From assembly GCF_006345805.1 (NCBI RefSeq), contig NC_043021.1, positions 28,862,793-28,926,792 on the forward strand: DNA of 64,000 bases, read 5' to 3'. This DNA is from Octopus sinensis. Its lineage: Eukaryota. The notes beneath the pieces are model-generated. The model made no database searches. It saw nothing but the letters and a program-made list of their open reading frames with translations, and was not told the DNA's origin. This document shows positions 26,018 to 38,515 of the stretch, piece by piece (the stretch's first letter is position 1; each line of letters begins with the position of its first letter). The position numbers and the translations under genes were made by a program.

Positions 26018-26774
26018 CTAGCAGCATAACCCGGCGTTGCCCGGGTATGTAAGAGCCCCTAGTAGGCAACGACTAATCCCAATCTAGGGAACGAAGGCGC
26101 ATGTGTAGGTCTTCTCTTCACTCCCAAATAACTATCAAACAGCTATCGATAATTCAACCCAACCAATTCCTACCAGGAAGAAATTACATTCGACACTTTA
26201 CCCCCAACACCGCCACTTCTGCTAATAGCTGCTGCAGCTGCAAGTTATTCGAATACTTTTTTTGTCTACACTTTCTTTATAACTACCACCCCAAGCGTTT
26301 TACCTTAAATTTTTGACGTACCCTAAGGGTCCTCGGACGCTACTTGCAAACTCTTGGTTTATTATAAACCGCTTTTGTCGTGTGCACCAAAAAAACCTTT
26401 TCCATTCGTTTGTTCAGTTTGGTCACTTTTGACTTTTTCGTTGTTGTCACTCACATTGCTGCCCGCTTTTTTGCCGTTTTTGTACATTTTTATACATTTT
26501 GGGATACTTACCCCACGTGTTCCGAGAGTTAAAAAGGTCGTGTTGCGTCCCCTAAACAGTCTGTAGAAAATGTGTTGCATATAAAAAGCTTAGATTCTCG
26601 ACCCATGTCGAATTTATGTATTTTTTTTCAGAACTGGGGGAACTTTTCAAAATTTTCGCTGCGTTAGTTTTGAATTATGACATTGGGCTATGTGTGTGTC
26701 AAGTTTCATCAGAATCGGTTGAAAGCCGTGGTCAGACACACAGACAGACAAACTGCCGTTTATATATAGAGAGA
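26018..26774 (-). mobile_element. Non-autonomous Helitron
   Basis: On -: 5' TCTCTCTATATATAAA, subterminal hairpin CCCGGGCAACGCCGGG, 3' CTAG, inserted between A and T. Confidence 0.8.
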
Positions 26775-26779
26775 TATAC

Positions 26780-26856
<77 letters not shown>

Positions 26857-26920
26857 ATATATATATATATATACATATATGTATATATGTATATATATAT
26901 TATATATATATATATATATA
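26775..26920. repeat. (TA)n microsatellite
   Basis: Direct reading. Confidence 0.95.
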
Positions 26921-27120
26921 TGACCTCCCTTGTTCGAAGGTTATAATGGATACAGATCGTGTATCAATAGCTATCTTAAGGCGGTGGCCTCATGGAGCTG
27001 ACCAGCGGCAGCGATTATTCTTATATCTATAAGAATGCCATATTAATATGGCGATAACAATTAATTTCCAGTAAACGCTGCCGTAATCTCTTTTATAGAG
27101 ACTTAGTAATTTTAATATTT

Positions 27121-27190
27121 CTACTATATATATGTATATATATATATACATACATACATATGTATGTATGTATATATATATACATATATG

Positions 27191-27236
<46 letters not shown>

Positions 27237-27238
27237 TG

Positions 27239-27270
<32 letters not shown>

Positions 27271-27398
27271 CATATATATATATATAATATATATATATAT
27301 ACATATATGTATATACATACATATATGTATATATACATACATATATGTTAATATATACATATATGTATATATAATATATATATATATATACATATATG

Positions 27399-27430
<32 letters not shown>

Positions 27431-27522
27431 CATTTATGTATATAAATAAATATATATACATATATATATATATATATACATACATATATGTATATATACA
27501 TACATATATGTTAATATATACA

Positions 27523-27565
<43 letters not shown>

Positions 27566-27911
27566 TTATGTATATAAATAAATATATATACATATATGTA
27601 TATGTACATACATATATGTATATATACATACATATACGTATATATACATACATATATGTATATATATATATACATACATATATGTATATATATATATACA
27701 TACATATATGCATATATATATACATACATATATACATATATACATACATATATTTATATATATACATACATATATGTATATATATATATATACATATATG
27801 TATATATATACATACATACATGTATATATACATACATATATGTATATATATACATATATGTATATATATATATATACATACATATATGTATATATATATA
27901 TGTATATATAT

Positions 27912-27962
<51 letters not shown>

Positions 27963-27986
27963 CATATAGAGACTTAGTAATTTTAA

Positions 27987-28022
<36 letters not shown>
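27121..28022. repeat. Compound (TA)n/(TACA)n/(TATG)n microsatellite
   Basis: Direct reading; source of many YI-repeat ORFs. Confidence 0.95.
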
Positions 28023-28023
<1 letters not shown>

Positions 28024-28109
28024 CGTAGAAAGGTTTTGGCCAGTATTGGCCCAGGCCATGTCTAACTTAAATAGCACCACCTGGCGAAGTCTTTCAATTC
28101 AGGATTTGG

Positions 28110-31100
28110 GCACCGAGGCCCATTCGAGCTGAGAGTTATTGTTTGCGGAGACATATCCGGGTGTGGGTGGTTTGTCCGGGACTGTTTGAAGGAATTTGTC
28201 CAAAGACTTCTTGAATTATGTGTGGTCAGTTTCTGTTTTGATGTGTCCTGGTGTAATGTTGAAGAGAGCGGGTCCAATTGAGGTGAAATAATTGTGCCGT
28301 ATTGTCGTTATGTGATGCGATTTAGATTTTTGCTGTGGACGGATGGCACGTGTTCCAAGCCTTGGATGTATTTTGAAGGTGATGCCAACATCATTCGGAC
28401 AGTGCTGATGGAATATTTTCCATATCATACAGATAATGTAGCGTTCACTGCGTCGTTGGAGTGAATACAGTTTCAGCTTCTCTAGTCTACCCCAGTAGTC
28501 AAGGTCTGACATGCCATCTATCTTTTTTGTGATTGACTTTGGGGAGCTTCAATTCTCATAACATTTTGTTTTGTGTATGGAGACCACAATGGACAGCAGT
28601 ATTCAAGGTGGGGTCGGGCAAAAGTGGAGAAGAGAAGGATAATAGTGTGGAAATCTCTCGACTGGAAGGTTCTGAGAATCCAGGAACACATTCTGCGGGC
28701 CATGTCAACTTTGCTGCTTATATGTGTAGCCCAGCTTATGTTGTTGTCCACTGTTACTCCCAAGTCTCTGATGTTGTTGGACGCCATGAGAATTTCTCCA
28801 GAAGGAAGGGAGTATGGGAGTTTCAGAGCGTCCTCCCTTCCAAAGTGGATCAGTTCGAATTTGTATTCGTTTAGCAACATGTTGTTCTTTTCCGCCCATT
28901 GGACAACAGCCAGTAGGTCTGACTGAAGGCTTATTCGGTCATCCACGCCATTGATGACCTTCTGGAGTTTGGAATCATCAGCGAAGGTTCTGATGTTAGT
29001 GTGTTTGATGGTGTCAGTAATATCATTTATGTAGATGATGAAGAGAAGTGGGCCCAACACAGTGCCTTGTGGGACACCACTGCTGACTTTGGCTGGGCTG
29101 GATTTGACTCCTTCGACTACAACATGTTGGGTTCTGTTAGACAGGAAGCACTTCATCCACTGTAGCAGCTTTCCAGTGACACTAATATTGGACAGCTTTT
29201 TCAAAAGGGTCTTATGATCAACCCTGTCAAAGGCCTTGCTGAAATCAAGGTAGATGACATCAGTGTTGGAACCCTCTCCCAAGGCTCTCAAAATGTCATC
29301 AAAATGATGCAGTAGTTACGTCAGGCAATCTCTTCCATTACGGAATCCATGCTGGTTGGAGTTCAGCATATTATGACTCTCAAGGAAGTGAGTCATATGC
29401 GATCTCAGCACTCTCTCAAATACCTTAATGATATGAGAGGTGAGTGAGATTGGACGGTAATTCACGGCATGCGATTTGTTTCCTTTTTTGAAAACTGGGA
29501 CAACAGACTGGGATAGAAGGTCTTCTGGTATATATCCAGCATCCAGTGAGTTCCGCCACAGATTGGCTAGAGGGGGTGCAAGTTGGTTTTGACACATCTT
29601 CAAGACACAAGCAGGGAACCTATCGGGACCTACTGCTGAATTATGCTTCATTTCCTTTATTACTGCTAAGACATCAGGAGCGCCAAAGGTTATGTCCGAT
29701 AAAGTGTATTGGGGAGTAACATCACTGATACAGCCCAGATCAGTCATATCAGGATTGCTGAAAACAGAGCAATATTGTTTCTGCAATATCTCTCCCATGG
29801 TTTTGGCATTGTCTTGAAGAGTACCATTTTCATCAATCAGAGGGCCAACAGTAGAACCAGTGACTGTGTTTTTTTGCAAATGAAAAGAACACTTTGGGAT
29901 TGAGTTTGATCTTCTCAATGGCCCAGGCCTCTTCAGCTCTTTGCTGACTATTGATGATAGACATCATGTTGTTTTGGAGTTTATGTTTTTTAATCTCTAG
30001 CGACGAGATGGCAGTCAGGTTGGTGTGTTGCTGTTGACAGTATTTCAGTATGTTGATCTTTTTGTTGATTCTTTTAATTTTCCTTATGAGAGATTTTCTA
30101 TTTCTAGGGATTCGACACTTAGATTTGTTTACAGATCTTAATGGGGTGTGTTTTGCACATATGTTCGTAATGGTGTCTACAAATGACTGCCAGGACTTTT
30201 TGATGTTAGTGGGTGTGTATGTGTGCGTGAAGGACCAATCGACTTGTGCAAGATCATTATTGATCGCTTCCCAGTTTGCATTGTGGAAATCCATAGTGTC
30301 AAATGGATGAACAGGAGGGATGACATTTGTTTTGCATTTTGGCCGGTGAAATCTCAGATCACAGAGAACCATGTCATGATCAGAGAGTAGGGTTTTCTCC
30401 ACTGCAATATTGTGGATAGTATCAGTGCGATTGCTGAAAATTAAGTCTAAGACGTTTTTATGACATCTCCTTGGTTCGAGCACCAGTTGGGACAGGAAGA
30501 AATCATCCATGAAGTCAAGAAGCGATTCCACTGCCTCCCTGTCAGGGGTTGAGAGAGAAGAACCTGGCGGCAGACTGTTTGTAGACCAGTCAACCCCGGG
30601 AAGGTTGAAGTCTCCCATCATTAAAATGTTGTCAGGTTGACACTGCTGAATGAAACACTTTATATTGTTGAGGCATTCCTTGAAGCATGGTAGGGGCGTT
30701 TTGGGTGGTCTGTAGAGCCCAACTACTGTTAAGTTGTTGGTTTGACTGAATACAGTGACTGCTTCACAGTATCCATTGGAAAATATGTTCATAGCTTCTG
30801 TTGAGAAAGAATCATGAACATAAATGGCAGTCCCACCCTTTCTTCTGCCAGCACGATCAGCACGAATGGCTTTGAAATTTTTAACTTTCACCTCGGCTTC
30901 CAAGTGAAGGTTACTAAGATGGGTTTCAGTGAGGACGAAGAAAGGGATGTGGTTTGGATGGGCATCGACCCAGTCCTCCAGGAATTTTATCTTCCATTTT
31001 TGAGTATTGGTGGAAGGGCTGATGCCTTGGGCATTAAGCAAAAATGTTGAGGCGAGAGTGGATGGTTTTAATTGTTTTGGTGATTTGTTTATTTGATTGC

Positions 31101-31113
31101 TTTTTAATGGCAT
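28110..31113 (-). pseudogene. LINE ORF2 (APE endonuclease and RT), multiple frameshifts
   Basis: LTETHL, KGGTAIY, YRPP, GDFNLP, LDLIF, SDH; YRPISLTS, QHGF, DFSKAFD, GVPQGTVLGP, FADD. Confidence 0.92.
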
Positions 31114-31298
31114 GTGCAGTGGGGTGATTGTGGTGGATGGTGGTGGGTGATAGCTCGGAAGTTTTTTCCAGTTCTTTTGCTAGATTTATTATAGCTAAAA
31201 AAGAGGAAGAAGAAGTTTCCTGTCTAGGGAACTGTAGGTGACTGTGGTTGTGGTTATTTTTATATGAGTGGTTATTTCTATATGAGTCGTAGGTTTTT

Positions 31299-31702
31299 TT
31301 ATTTTTTATTTTTATTATTATTTGTCCGATGAGTCCCCGGGAGATGGGTAAAGGGACAATCCCTGTGCAAACACAATCTGTCTTGCTGGAAATATCGGCA
31401 GATTTGGGGATTCTTTGTTTGAGATTTTGGTGGTTGTGGTGGTGTTGTAATAGGGTGGTGGCTTTTGTAGCTTGTGGGGATAATGCGTTTTGTCCCGGGT
31501 AAATGGGTGAATTTGCAGTCTCTATCAGTGCACAATCTATGGCGGAGAGAATAACGGCAAATGATGGGGTTTCGAGTGGGTGTGTGGGTGCGTGTGTGAG
31601 TTGTGAGAGGTGTGGATGATAGTTTGTCGAGGTTTTGGCGACCTTTGTAACCGGTGGAAGTAGTAGGAGGTAGATTCCTTGAGGTAGCAGTAGTAGTAGT
31701 AG

Positions 31703-31703
<1 letters not shown>
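31299..31703 (-). pseudogene. LINE ORF1 remnant with two CCCH zinc fingers
   Basis: [19 protein letters not shown] and [19 protein letters not shown] (C-x8-C-x4-C-x3-H). Confidence 0.75.
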
Positions 31704-31800
<97 letters not shown>

Positions 31801-31805
31801 TTATG

Positions 31806-31837
<32 letters not shown>

Positions 31838-31989
31838 TGTATATATATATGCATACATATATGTATATATATATACATACATATATATATATATACATAC
31901 ATATATGTATAACTATATACATACATATATGTATGTATATATATATACATACATATATGTATGTATATATATATATACATATATGTATG

Positions 31990-32027
<38 letters not shown>

Positions 32028-32031
32028 TGTA
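31704..32031. repeat. (TA)n compound microsatellite
   Basis: Direct reading. Confidence 0.95.
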
Positions 32032-32246
32032 TGAAAGTTTTTGAAAAATGACTATGAAAAGTGTCAGTCAGCACTTTTTATGCTTGTTTGCAATATTTTG
32101 CACATTTTTTTTCTGAAAACTTTTGTGATCTCCGGGTTAAGTATAATCTTATTATCAATCATTAAACTATTTACTGAAAAATTATTTGTATGAAAGTTTT
32201 TGTTAGATGAATATATTTCTTGTGTAATTATCATGTTATTATCAAT

Positions 32247-32423
32247 CCCTAACCCCAACGCTAACCCTAACCCTAACCCCAACCCGAACCCCCACCGTAA
32301 CACTAACCCTAACCCTAACACTTAACCCTAGCCCTAACCCTAACCCCTAACCCTAACCCTAAACCTAATCCTAAACCTAACCATAAACCTAACCCTAACC
32401 CTAACCCTACCCCTTAACCCAAA
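32247..32423 (-). repeat. Short interstitial telomeric array (CCCTAA)n
   Basis: About 29 degenerate CCCTAA units, same polarity as 6631-11386. Confidence 0.93.
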
Positions 32424-34225
32424 ATGGTGGTGGTGGTGATGTAGTGTCTCTTGTAAAAGAAGTTGAGAATAATGATATTCGGTATATTGGGTTTGTAAAC
32501 ATTACTGTCCCTGTAATAACAGTGCCTAAGGAATCAGAAAAAAAAAAACAAAAGAAAAAATAATCAGGCAAATATATAGAGCCAAAGTGTCAGGACTGAT
32601 ACCCTTGTATGTATACACACACACACACACACACCACATACAAAAAGCTGAAATAATCACTGCATGCTCATGTTACAGAGAAATACAATCAATACAATAC
32701 ACAAAAGCACTGAAATTGAAACACTTCCCACACCTAAAACAGATGAAATAGTGGGCAGTGGAAGCACACAATATCAATAAGACTGCTGATGATGGACTCC
32801 TCTCCCGTCGAAGACGACGTGTGTTCATCTTTTGCTGAACAACCTGTGCAAATGATTCCTTTGTAGCGTTCAAATGTTCACGCCACACATTTGCTCGCTC
32901 ATTCCATCAAACTGATGTTGTCTGAACAGGTTCCCAGTGTTGAAGACATTGCTGCACAGCAATGTGAGATGAAGTGTTTTGCTCAAAAACAAAGCTCACC
33001 CCTTCGGTCTAGGAATTGAATGTTAGGTGAGTATGTGGTTTCCAAAGCAACAGAAAAGTGGTATGAGCATAAACCAGAGGTTGTGATAGAAAATGAGAAC
33101 TACCAGATCTTGTGGGATTTCCCTATAAAGACTGACCAAGCTATTGATGCAAGAAGGACAGTTATGATTATAGAGGACAAAAATAGCAAACAGGAATAGA
33201 TCATAGATTTTGGAATTCTCTTTGATAGCAGAGTCAACACCAAAGAAATAGAAAAAAATTGAGAAATATCAGGATCTAGGTAGGGAGCTTCAGAAACTTG
33301 GAAAACTGAGACAACTATTATTCCTGTAGTAATTGGTGCACTTGGCAAAACATCCAAAGTTCTATCTAAAAGATTGAAAGAGACTAGAATTGAAACCCAC
33401 ATTGCCAACCTGCAGAAAAGTACTGTTCTATATTCTGCAAGTATCCTTAGAAAAATTCTGAAGATTTGAGGAGACATGTTATTACCAAACCTCAAGATAA
33501 AATACCAACTAGAATGTACTAGTTTAATAATAATAATTATTATAATTGACTTCAGATCTTAACTGATTCACTGATCATTTTTTGCTTTTAACCCTTGCCT
33601 TACTTTGTAGACATCACTGCCCATCGGAATGCCTGACAACAGGCAGCTCCAATGAAAGTCTAATCCGCCCCGTCACCTCTGAGATGTTCAGACTACACAC
33701 AAGCTAGTGGACTTAGGTGTAACGAAGTAGTCTTTCAGCCTCTCGAATGTTGCAACAGGAGACTCAGAAAAGATTTCACATGGACGTTCGGTGCGTTGGC
33801 CTCCAGCGATGAGCGAGCTGTCCTCACTGACATTACGTCCATGTTTGTCCGCGAAGAAAATGTGATGTTCGTTCGTGTGCAGGAAGGACAAATGCGCCTG
33901 GATCGGGACGAACCTGTTAGAATATTGGCTGTATGTCGTCGATGGCAGTCTGCAACCTCAAAGTGCACATCATAGTTCGCGATATTCTTGTAAGTGTGTC
34001 GGAGGACGAGGAGATACGCCTTGACATGACATTGGACAACGCTCAGCCAGCTGTCTCATGGGCCCCAGAACTCACCGCGAATTCCAGTTCATATAAAAAC
34101 TAGGAGCGGCAACGCGCAGTAAATAAATCCGACAAACTCCATGATATACTCACCGCAAACCCCTGCAGTCACTGCTGAAAATACGATTGAAGACGTCATG
34201 TACAGGAACGCATGCGGAAATGCTC
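32424..34225 (+). repeat. Left arm of ~1.8-kb inverted duplication
   Basis: Reverse complement of 35100-36971; identical ORFs on opposite strands (e.g. 33100..33495- and 35898..36293+). Confidence 0.95.
33030..33545 (+). mobile_element. R4/Dong-like LINE 3' fragment (restriction-like endonuclease domain, (TAA)n tail)
   Basis: Translates KWYEHKPEVVIENENYQILWDFPIKTD...IIPVVIGALG...LQKSTVLYSASILRKIL, then TAATAATAAT. Confidence 0.78.
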
Positions 34226-34480
34226 CGCCTACAACCACAAATACGCTACCTAACGAATCCTCTTCCCAACCTTCTATTGTTGACCACCATATATATAATG
34301 AACGCTGTGATTCGTGTGGAAAAAGTTCCTCCGCCCCCCATCCTTTCATCGCTACCTTCATTCAAGCCACGAAAGCATCGGGTTTCGCCACCTCCCTGTC
34401 ACGACCGACCCAAGTTATCCGTCACAACGCTATGGCAGACACTGGATGCCATTCGGGCCTGGTCAGACGATGTAGATAGG
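33615..34480 (+). mobile_element. Degenerate Gypsy-like LTR retrotransposon gag-protease remnant
   Basis: REENVM, DRDEPVR, DEEIR motifs; aspartyl-protease-like AMADTGC near 34430. Confidence 0.65.
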
Positions 34481-34976
34481 AAACGATTCAATGTATCCAT
34501 CAGAAAAGGGAAGATGCCTAACCCATTTAATATCCTTCTGGTGGCGTACGGCACCACAAAAATTTGATATGGAGTAGTTTATAATTACGTCCATAGTTTT
34601 TAAAGTGAGATTATTTTCAAATAATTGCCATTTCAAAGTCATGGCAAGAGTTTTGTTTCTTGAAAAGTTTTGGTTCTTGAAGAGTTGTGTTTCTTGTCGG
34701 TTAAGGGAAATAATTTGAAGTCATGGCAAGAGTTGTGTTTCTTGTTGCTTAAGGGAAGTAATTTGAAGTAATGTTAGACTTACTTCCCTTAGAGTGTGTT
34801 TTAATAATTTTGAATTTTAAGTGATTTTTTGCCTTAAATGTGTCTTAAATTATAATATATGGACCTAATGGTATGGAAGTGAAGTCGACTTAGACGAAAA
34901 TTCAACTCGGAACATGAAGTCTGATTAAATACAACTAACTCATATATCGTTCTTTGTGTGGGTCTCTCTCTCTCTC

Positions 34977-35020
<44 letters not shown>

Positions 35021-35022
<2 letters not shown>

Positions 35023-35103
35023 TCTTTACTCTTACACTTTTACTCTTTTACTTGTTTCAGTCATTTGACTGCGGCCATGCTGGAGCACCGCCTTTAGTCG
35101 AGC
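35021..35103 (-). mobile_element. SINE 3' tail
   Basis: On -: GGCGGTGCTCCAGCATGGCCGCAGTCAAATGACTGAAACAAGTAAAAGAGTAAAAG. Confidence 0.8.
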
Positions 35104-36971
35104 ATTTCCGCATGCGTTCCTGTACATGACGTCTTCAATCGTATTTTCAGCAGTGACTGCAGGGGTTTGCGGTGAGTATATCATGGAGTTTGTCGGATTC
35201 ATTTACTGCGCGTTGCCGCTCCTAGTTTTCATATGAACTGGAATTCGCGGTGATTGGGTAGTTCTGGGGCCCATGAGACAGCTGGCTGAGCGTTGTCCAC
35301 TTTCTTTTGCCTCGACGTACTTTGGAGCTTCTTCCAATGTCATGTCTAACTTGGAGTCACCCATAGTGTCAGGGCGTATCTCCTCGTCCTCCGACACACT
35401 TACAAGAATATCGCGAACTATGATGTGCACTTTGAGGTTGCAGACTGCCATCGACGACATACAGCCAATATTCTAACAGGTTCGTCCCGATCCAGGCGCA
35501 TTTGTCCTTCCTGCACACGAACGAACATCACATTTTCTTCGCGGACAAACATGGACGTAATGTCAGTGAGGACAGCTCGCTCATCGCTGGAGGCCAACGC
35601 ACCGAACGTCCATGTGAAATCTTTTCTGAGTCTCCTGTTGCAACATTCGAGAGGCTGAAAGACTACTTCGTTACACCTAAGTCCACTAGCTTGTGTGTAG
35701 TCTGAACATCTCAGAGGTGACGGGGCGGATTAGACTTTCATTGGAGCTGCCTGTTGTCAGGCATTCCGATGGGCAGTGATGTCTACAAAGTAAGGCAAGG
35801 GTTAAAAGCAAAAAATGATCAGTGAATCAGTTAAGATCTGAAGTCAATTATAATAATTATTATTATTAAACTAGTACATTCTAGTTGGTATTTTATCTTG
35901 AGGTTTGGTAATAACATGTCTCCTCAAATCTTCAGAATTTTTCTAAGGATACTTGCAGAATATAGAACAGTACTTTTCTGCAGGTTGGCAATGTGGGTTT
36001 CAATTCTAGTCTCTTTCAATCTTTTAGATAGAACTTTGGATGTTTTGCCAAGTGCACCAATTACTACAGGAATAATAGTTGTCTCAGTTTTCCAAGTTTC
36101 TGAAGCTCCCTACCTAGATCCTGATATTTCTCAATTTTTTTCTATTTCTTTGGTGTTGACTCTGCTATCAAAGAGAATTCCAAAATCTATGATCTATTCC
36201 TGTTTGCTATTTTTGTCCTCTATAATCATAACTGTCCTTCTTGCATCAATAGCTTGGTCAGTCTTTATAGGGAAATCCCACAAGATCTGGTAGTTCTCAT
36301 TTTCTATCACAACCTCTGGTTTATGCTCATACCACTTTTCTGTTGCTTTGGAAACCACATACTCACCTAACATTCAATTCCTAGACCGAAGGGGTGAGCT
36401 TTGTTTTTGAGCAAAACACTTCATCTCACATTGCTGTGCAGCAATGTCTTCAACACTGGGAACCTGTTCAGACAACATCAGTTTGATGGAATGAGCGAGC
36501 AAATGTGTGGCGTGAACATTTGAACGCTACAAAGGAATCATTTGCACAGGTTGTTCAGCAAAAGATGAACACACGTCGTCTTCGACGGGAGAGGAGTCCA
36601 TCATCAGCAGTCTTATTGATATTGTGTGCTTCCACTGCCCACTATTTCATCTGTTTTAGGTGTGGGAAGTGTTTCAATTTCAGTGCTTTTGTGTATTGTA
36701 TTGATTGTATTTCTCTGTAACATGAGCATGCAGTGATTATTTCAGCTTTTTGTATGTGGTGTGTGTGTGTGTGTGTGTATACATACAAGGGTATCAGTCC
36801 TGACACTTTGGCTCTATATATTTGCCTGATTATTTTTTCTTTTGTTTTTTTTTTCTGATTCCTTAGGCACTGTTATTACAGGGACAGTAATGTTTACAAA
36901 CCCAATATACCGAATATCATTATTCTCAACTTCTTTTACAAGAGACACTACATCACCACCACCACCACCAT
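35100..36971 (-). repeat. Right arm of the inverted duplication (second copies of the Gypsy and Dong remnants)
   Basis: Reverse complement of 32424-34225; keeps gag segments missing from the left arm (DTMGDSKLDMTLEEAPKYVEAKESG). Confidence 0.95.
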
Positions 36972-37517
36972 CATTTTGTTTCTTTCTTTTTCCTACAAAT
37001 ACCCTGTCAACCATTGCAACTGTTGCCTCTTTAAGGAGACGTATTTTCTTTTCCCAGAAGCTCTTAGGCAATAACATCTGGATGATTTCCTTTAATCTCT
37101 ATCAATTGGCACTTTCTCATTCTCTGAGACATTGGTGTGAATTTTCACTTTCTTTTTCTGCTTATATCCCTTAATAAAATACTATGGTTTTGAATGGCAT
37201 GAATTTCATGTACTCTGCAATATCAACAGAAATCAGGCTATTCTTGCATAAATTTATAAATATTTTCTAGTTCCATAAGAACCCATTTCTTTATATTTTT
37301 GGTATAGTTTAGTTTTCGTTTGTCAGCATTTGTGTGGTGTATTCTAAATGTGGTTATTATTTCCATTCTTTTCCTGTCTAGTCTTGCTAATTCACTTAGA
37401 TTCCAGCCAGAACAGTGAGACCACTGATACCTATTATCTCATTTTTGGCATTTTTCTCAGTTTTAACTATTAATCTAATGCATCAAAAATATTCTTTCCT
37501 AACCTCTCCTTTTCGTC

Positions 37518-37543
37518 TGTGTGTGTGTGTATGTGTGTGTGTG

Positions 37544-37610
<67 letters not shown>

Positions 37611-37621
37611 GTGTGTGTGTG
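37518..37621. repeat. (GT)n microsatellite
   Basis: Direct reading. Confidence 0.95.
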
Positions 37622-38230
37622 CTGTATTCTGTCTACTTTATTAATTCCTAAGTATTTCCAAGCCTGTCTTTGGTCTAATTCGCTCCCTTTTTTAGTTAAC
37701 ATGATAATACAAGTTTTTATTAATAATTCTTTGCTTCAATGTTGTCTTAGTGTCCCCAAATTCAAGTTTGATGCCAATTTCCTCCACTGAATCCTTGTGT
37801 CATGTGTTTCCAGTCATTTGTCAACGACAGTTTGAAGCTTTCTATAGATTTTTTACCCAGACAGACAGATGCATATTTAGGAGATAGTTGATCGTAATCC
37901 CATAGCACTTGCACTCTTATCTAATCTAGTTTAGTATACATCAAACGCAAAAGAAGAAACACACACACACACACACATAGATATATAAGCACAGGCATGG
38001 TTATAGAGTAAGAAGCTTGCTTGCCAACCACATGACTCCCAGATTCAGTCTTATTGTGTGGCACTTTGGGCACGTGGATCTGCTAGACAGAAACTGAAAG
38101 AATTCCATAGATGTTTTCAATCTAGTTTGGACTCTTTGCAATCAAATTTGAATTTTTCAATTGGTGCTCAAGCCTTGAAAAACAAAAGAGTTAAACTACA
38201 TCAACCGTAAGGGAATACATGTCTATCTTC

Positions 38231-38515
38231 TCTAACTCGTCCAGTAGAGCTCACCAATTGATATCTGAAAAGTTCAATGAAATAACTCAGGAACACTGCG
38301 ATAGCGTCTACCAAAAGATGCTCCGTTAGGTCGACCGGTCCTAACAAGGTGAGATAATAGAAAAAGAATCATTCGTTTCTTATCTCCCCTTGTTCAGACC
38401 GGTCGACGATGTAAATATGTTGAAGCATCTTTTGGTATAAGCTATGGCAGTGTTCATGAGTTATTTCATCAAACTTTTCAGATATCAATTGCTGGGCTCC
38501 ACTGGACGAGTTAGA
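38231..38515. mobile_element. MITE-like palindromic element with ~110-bp imperfect TIRs
   Basis: TCTAACTCGTCCAGT...TCGACCGGTC pairs with GACCGGTCGA...ACTGGACGAGTTAGA. Confidence 0.75.

Larger units (their letters stand above)
28023..31703 (-). mobile_element. 5'-truncated CR1/L2-group LINE flanked by (TA)n on both sides
   Basis: ORF2 pieces 29833..31113 (EN), 29316..29918, 28518..29291 (RT), 28216..28512; ORF1 remnant upstream; 3' UTR stem-loop. Confidence 0.9.

Noticed and set aside
26616-28132. Many YIYI-rich ORFs (also near 751-1061, 31654-32051, 59356-59834, 60771-61194)
   Set aside because: Translations of (TA)n microsatellites
32784-32825. CTGATGA...GAAGAC possible hammerhead
   Set aside because: GAAA box and stems do not fit
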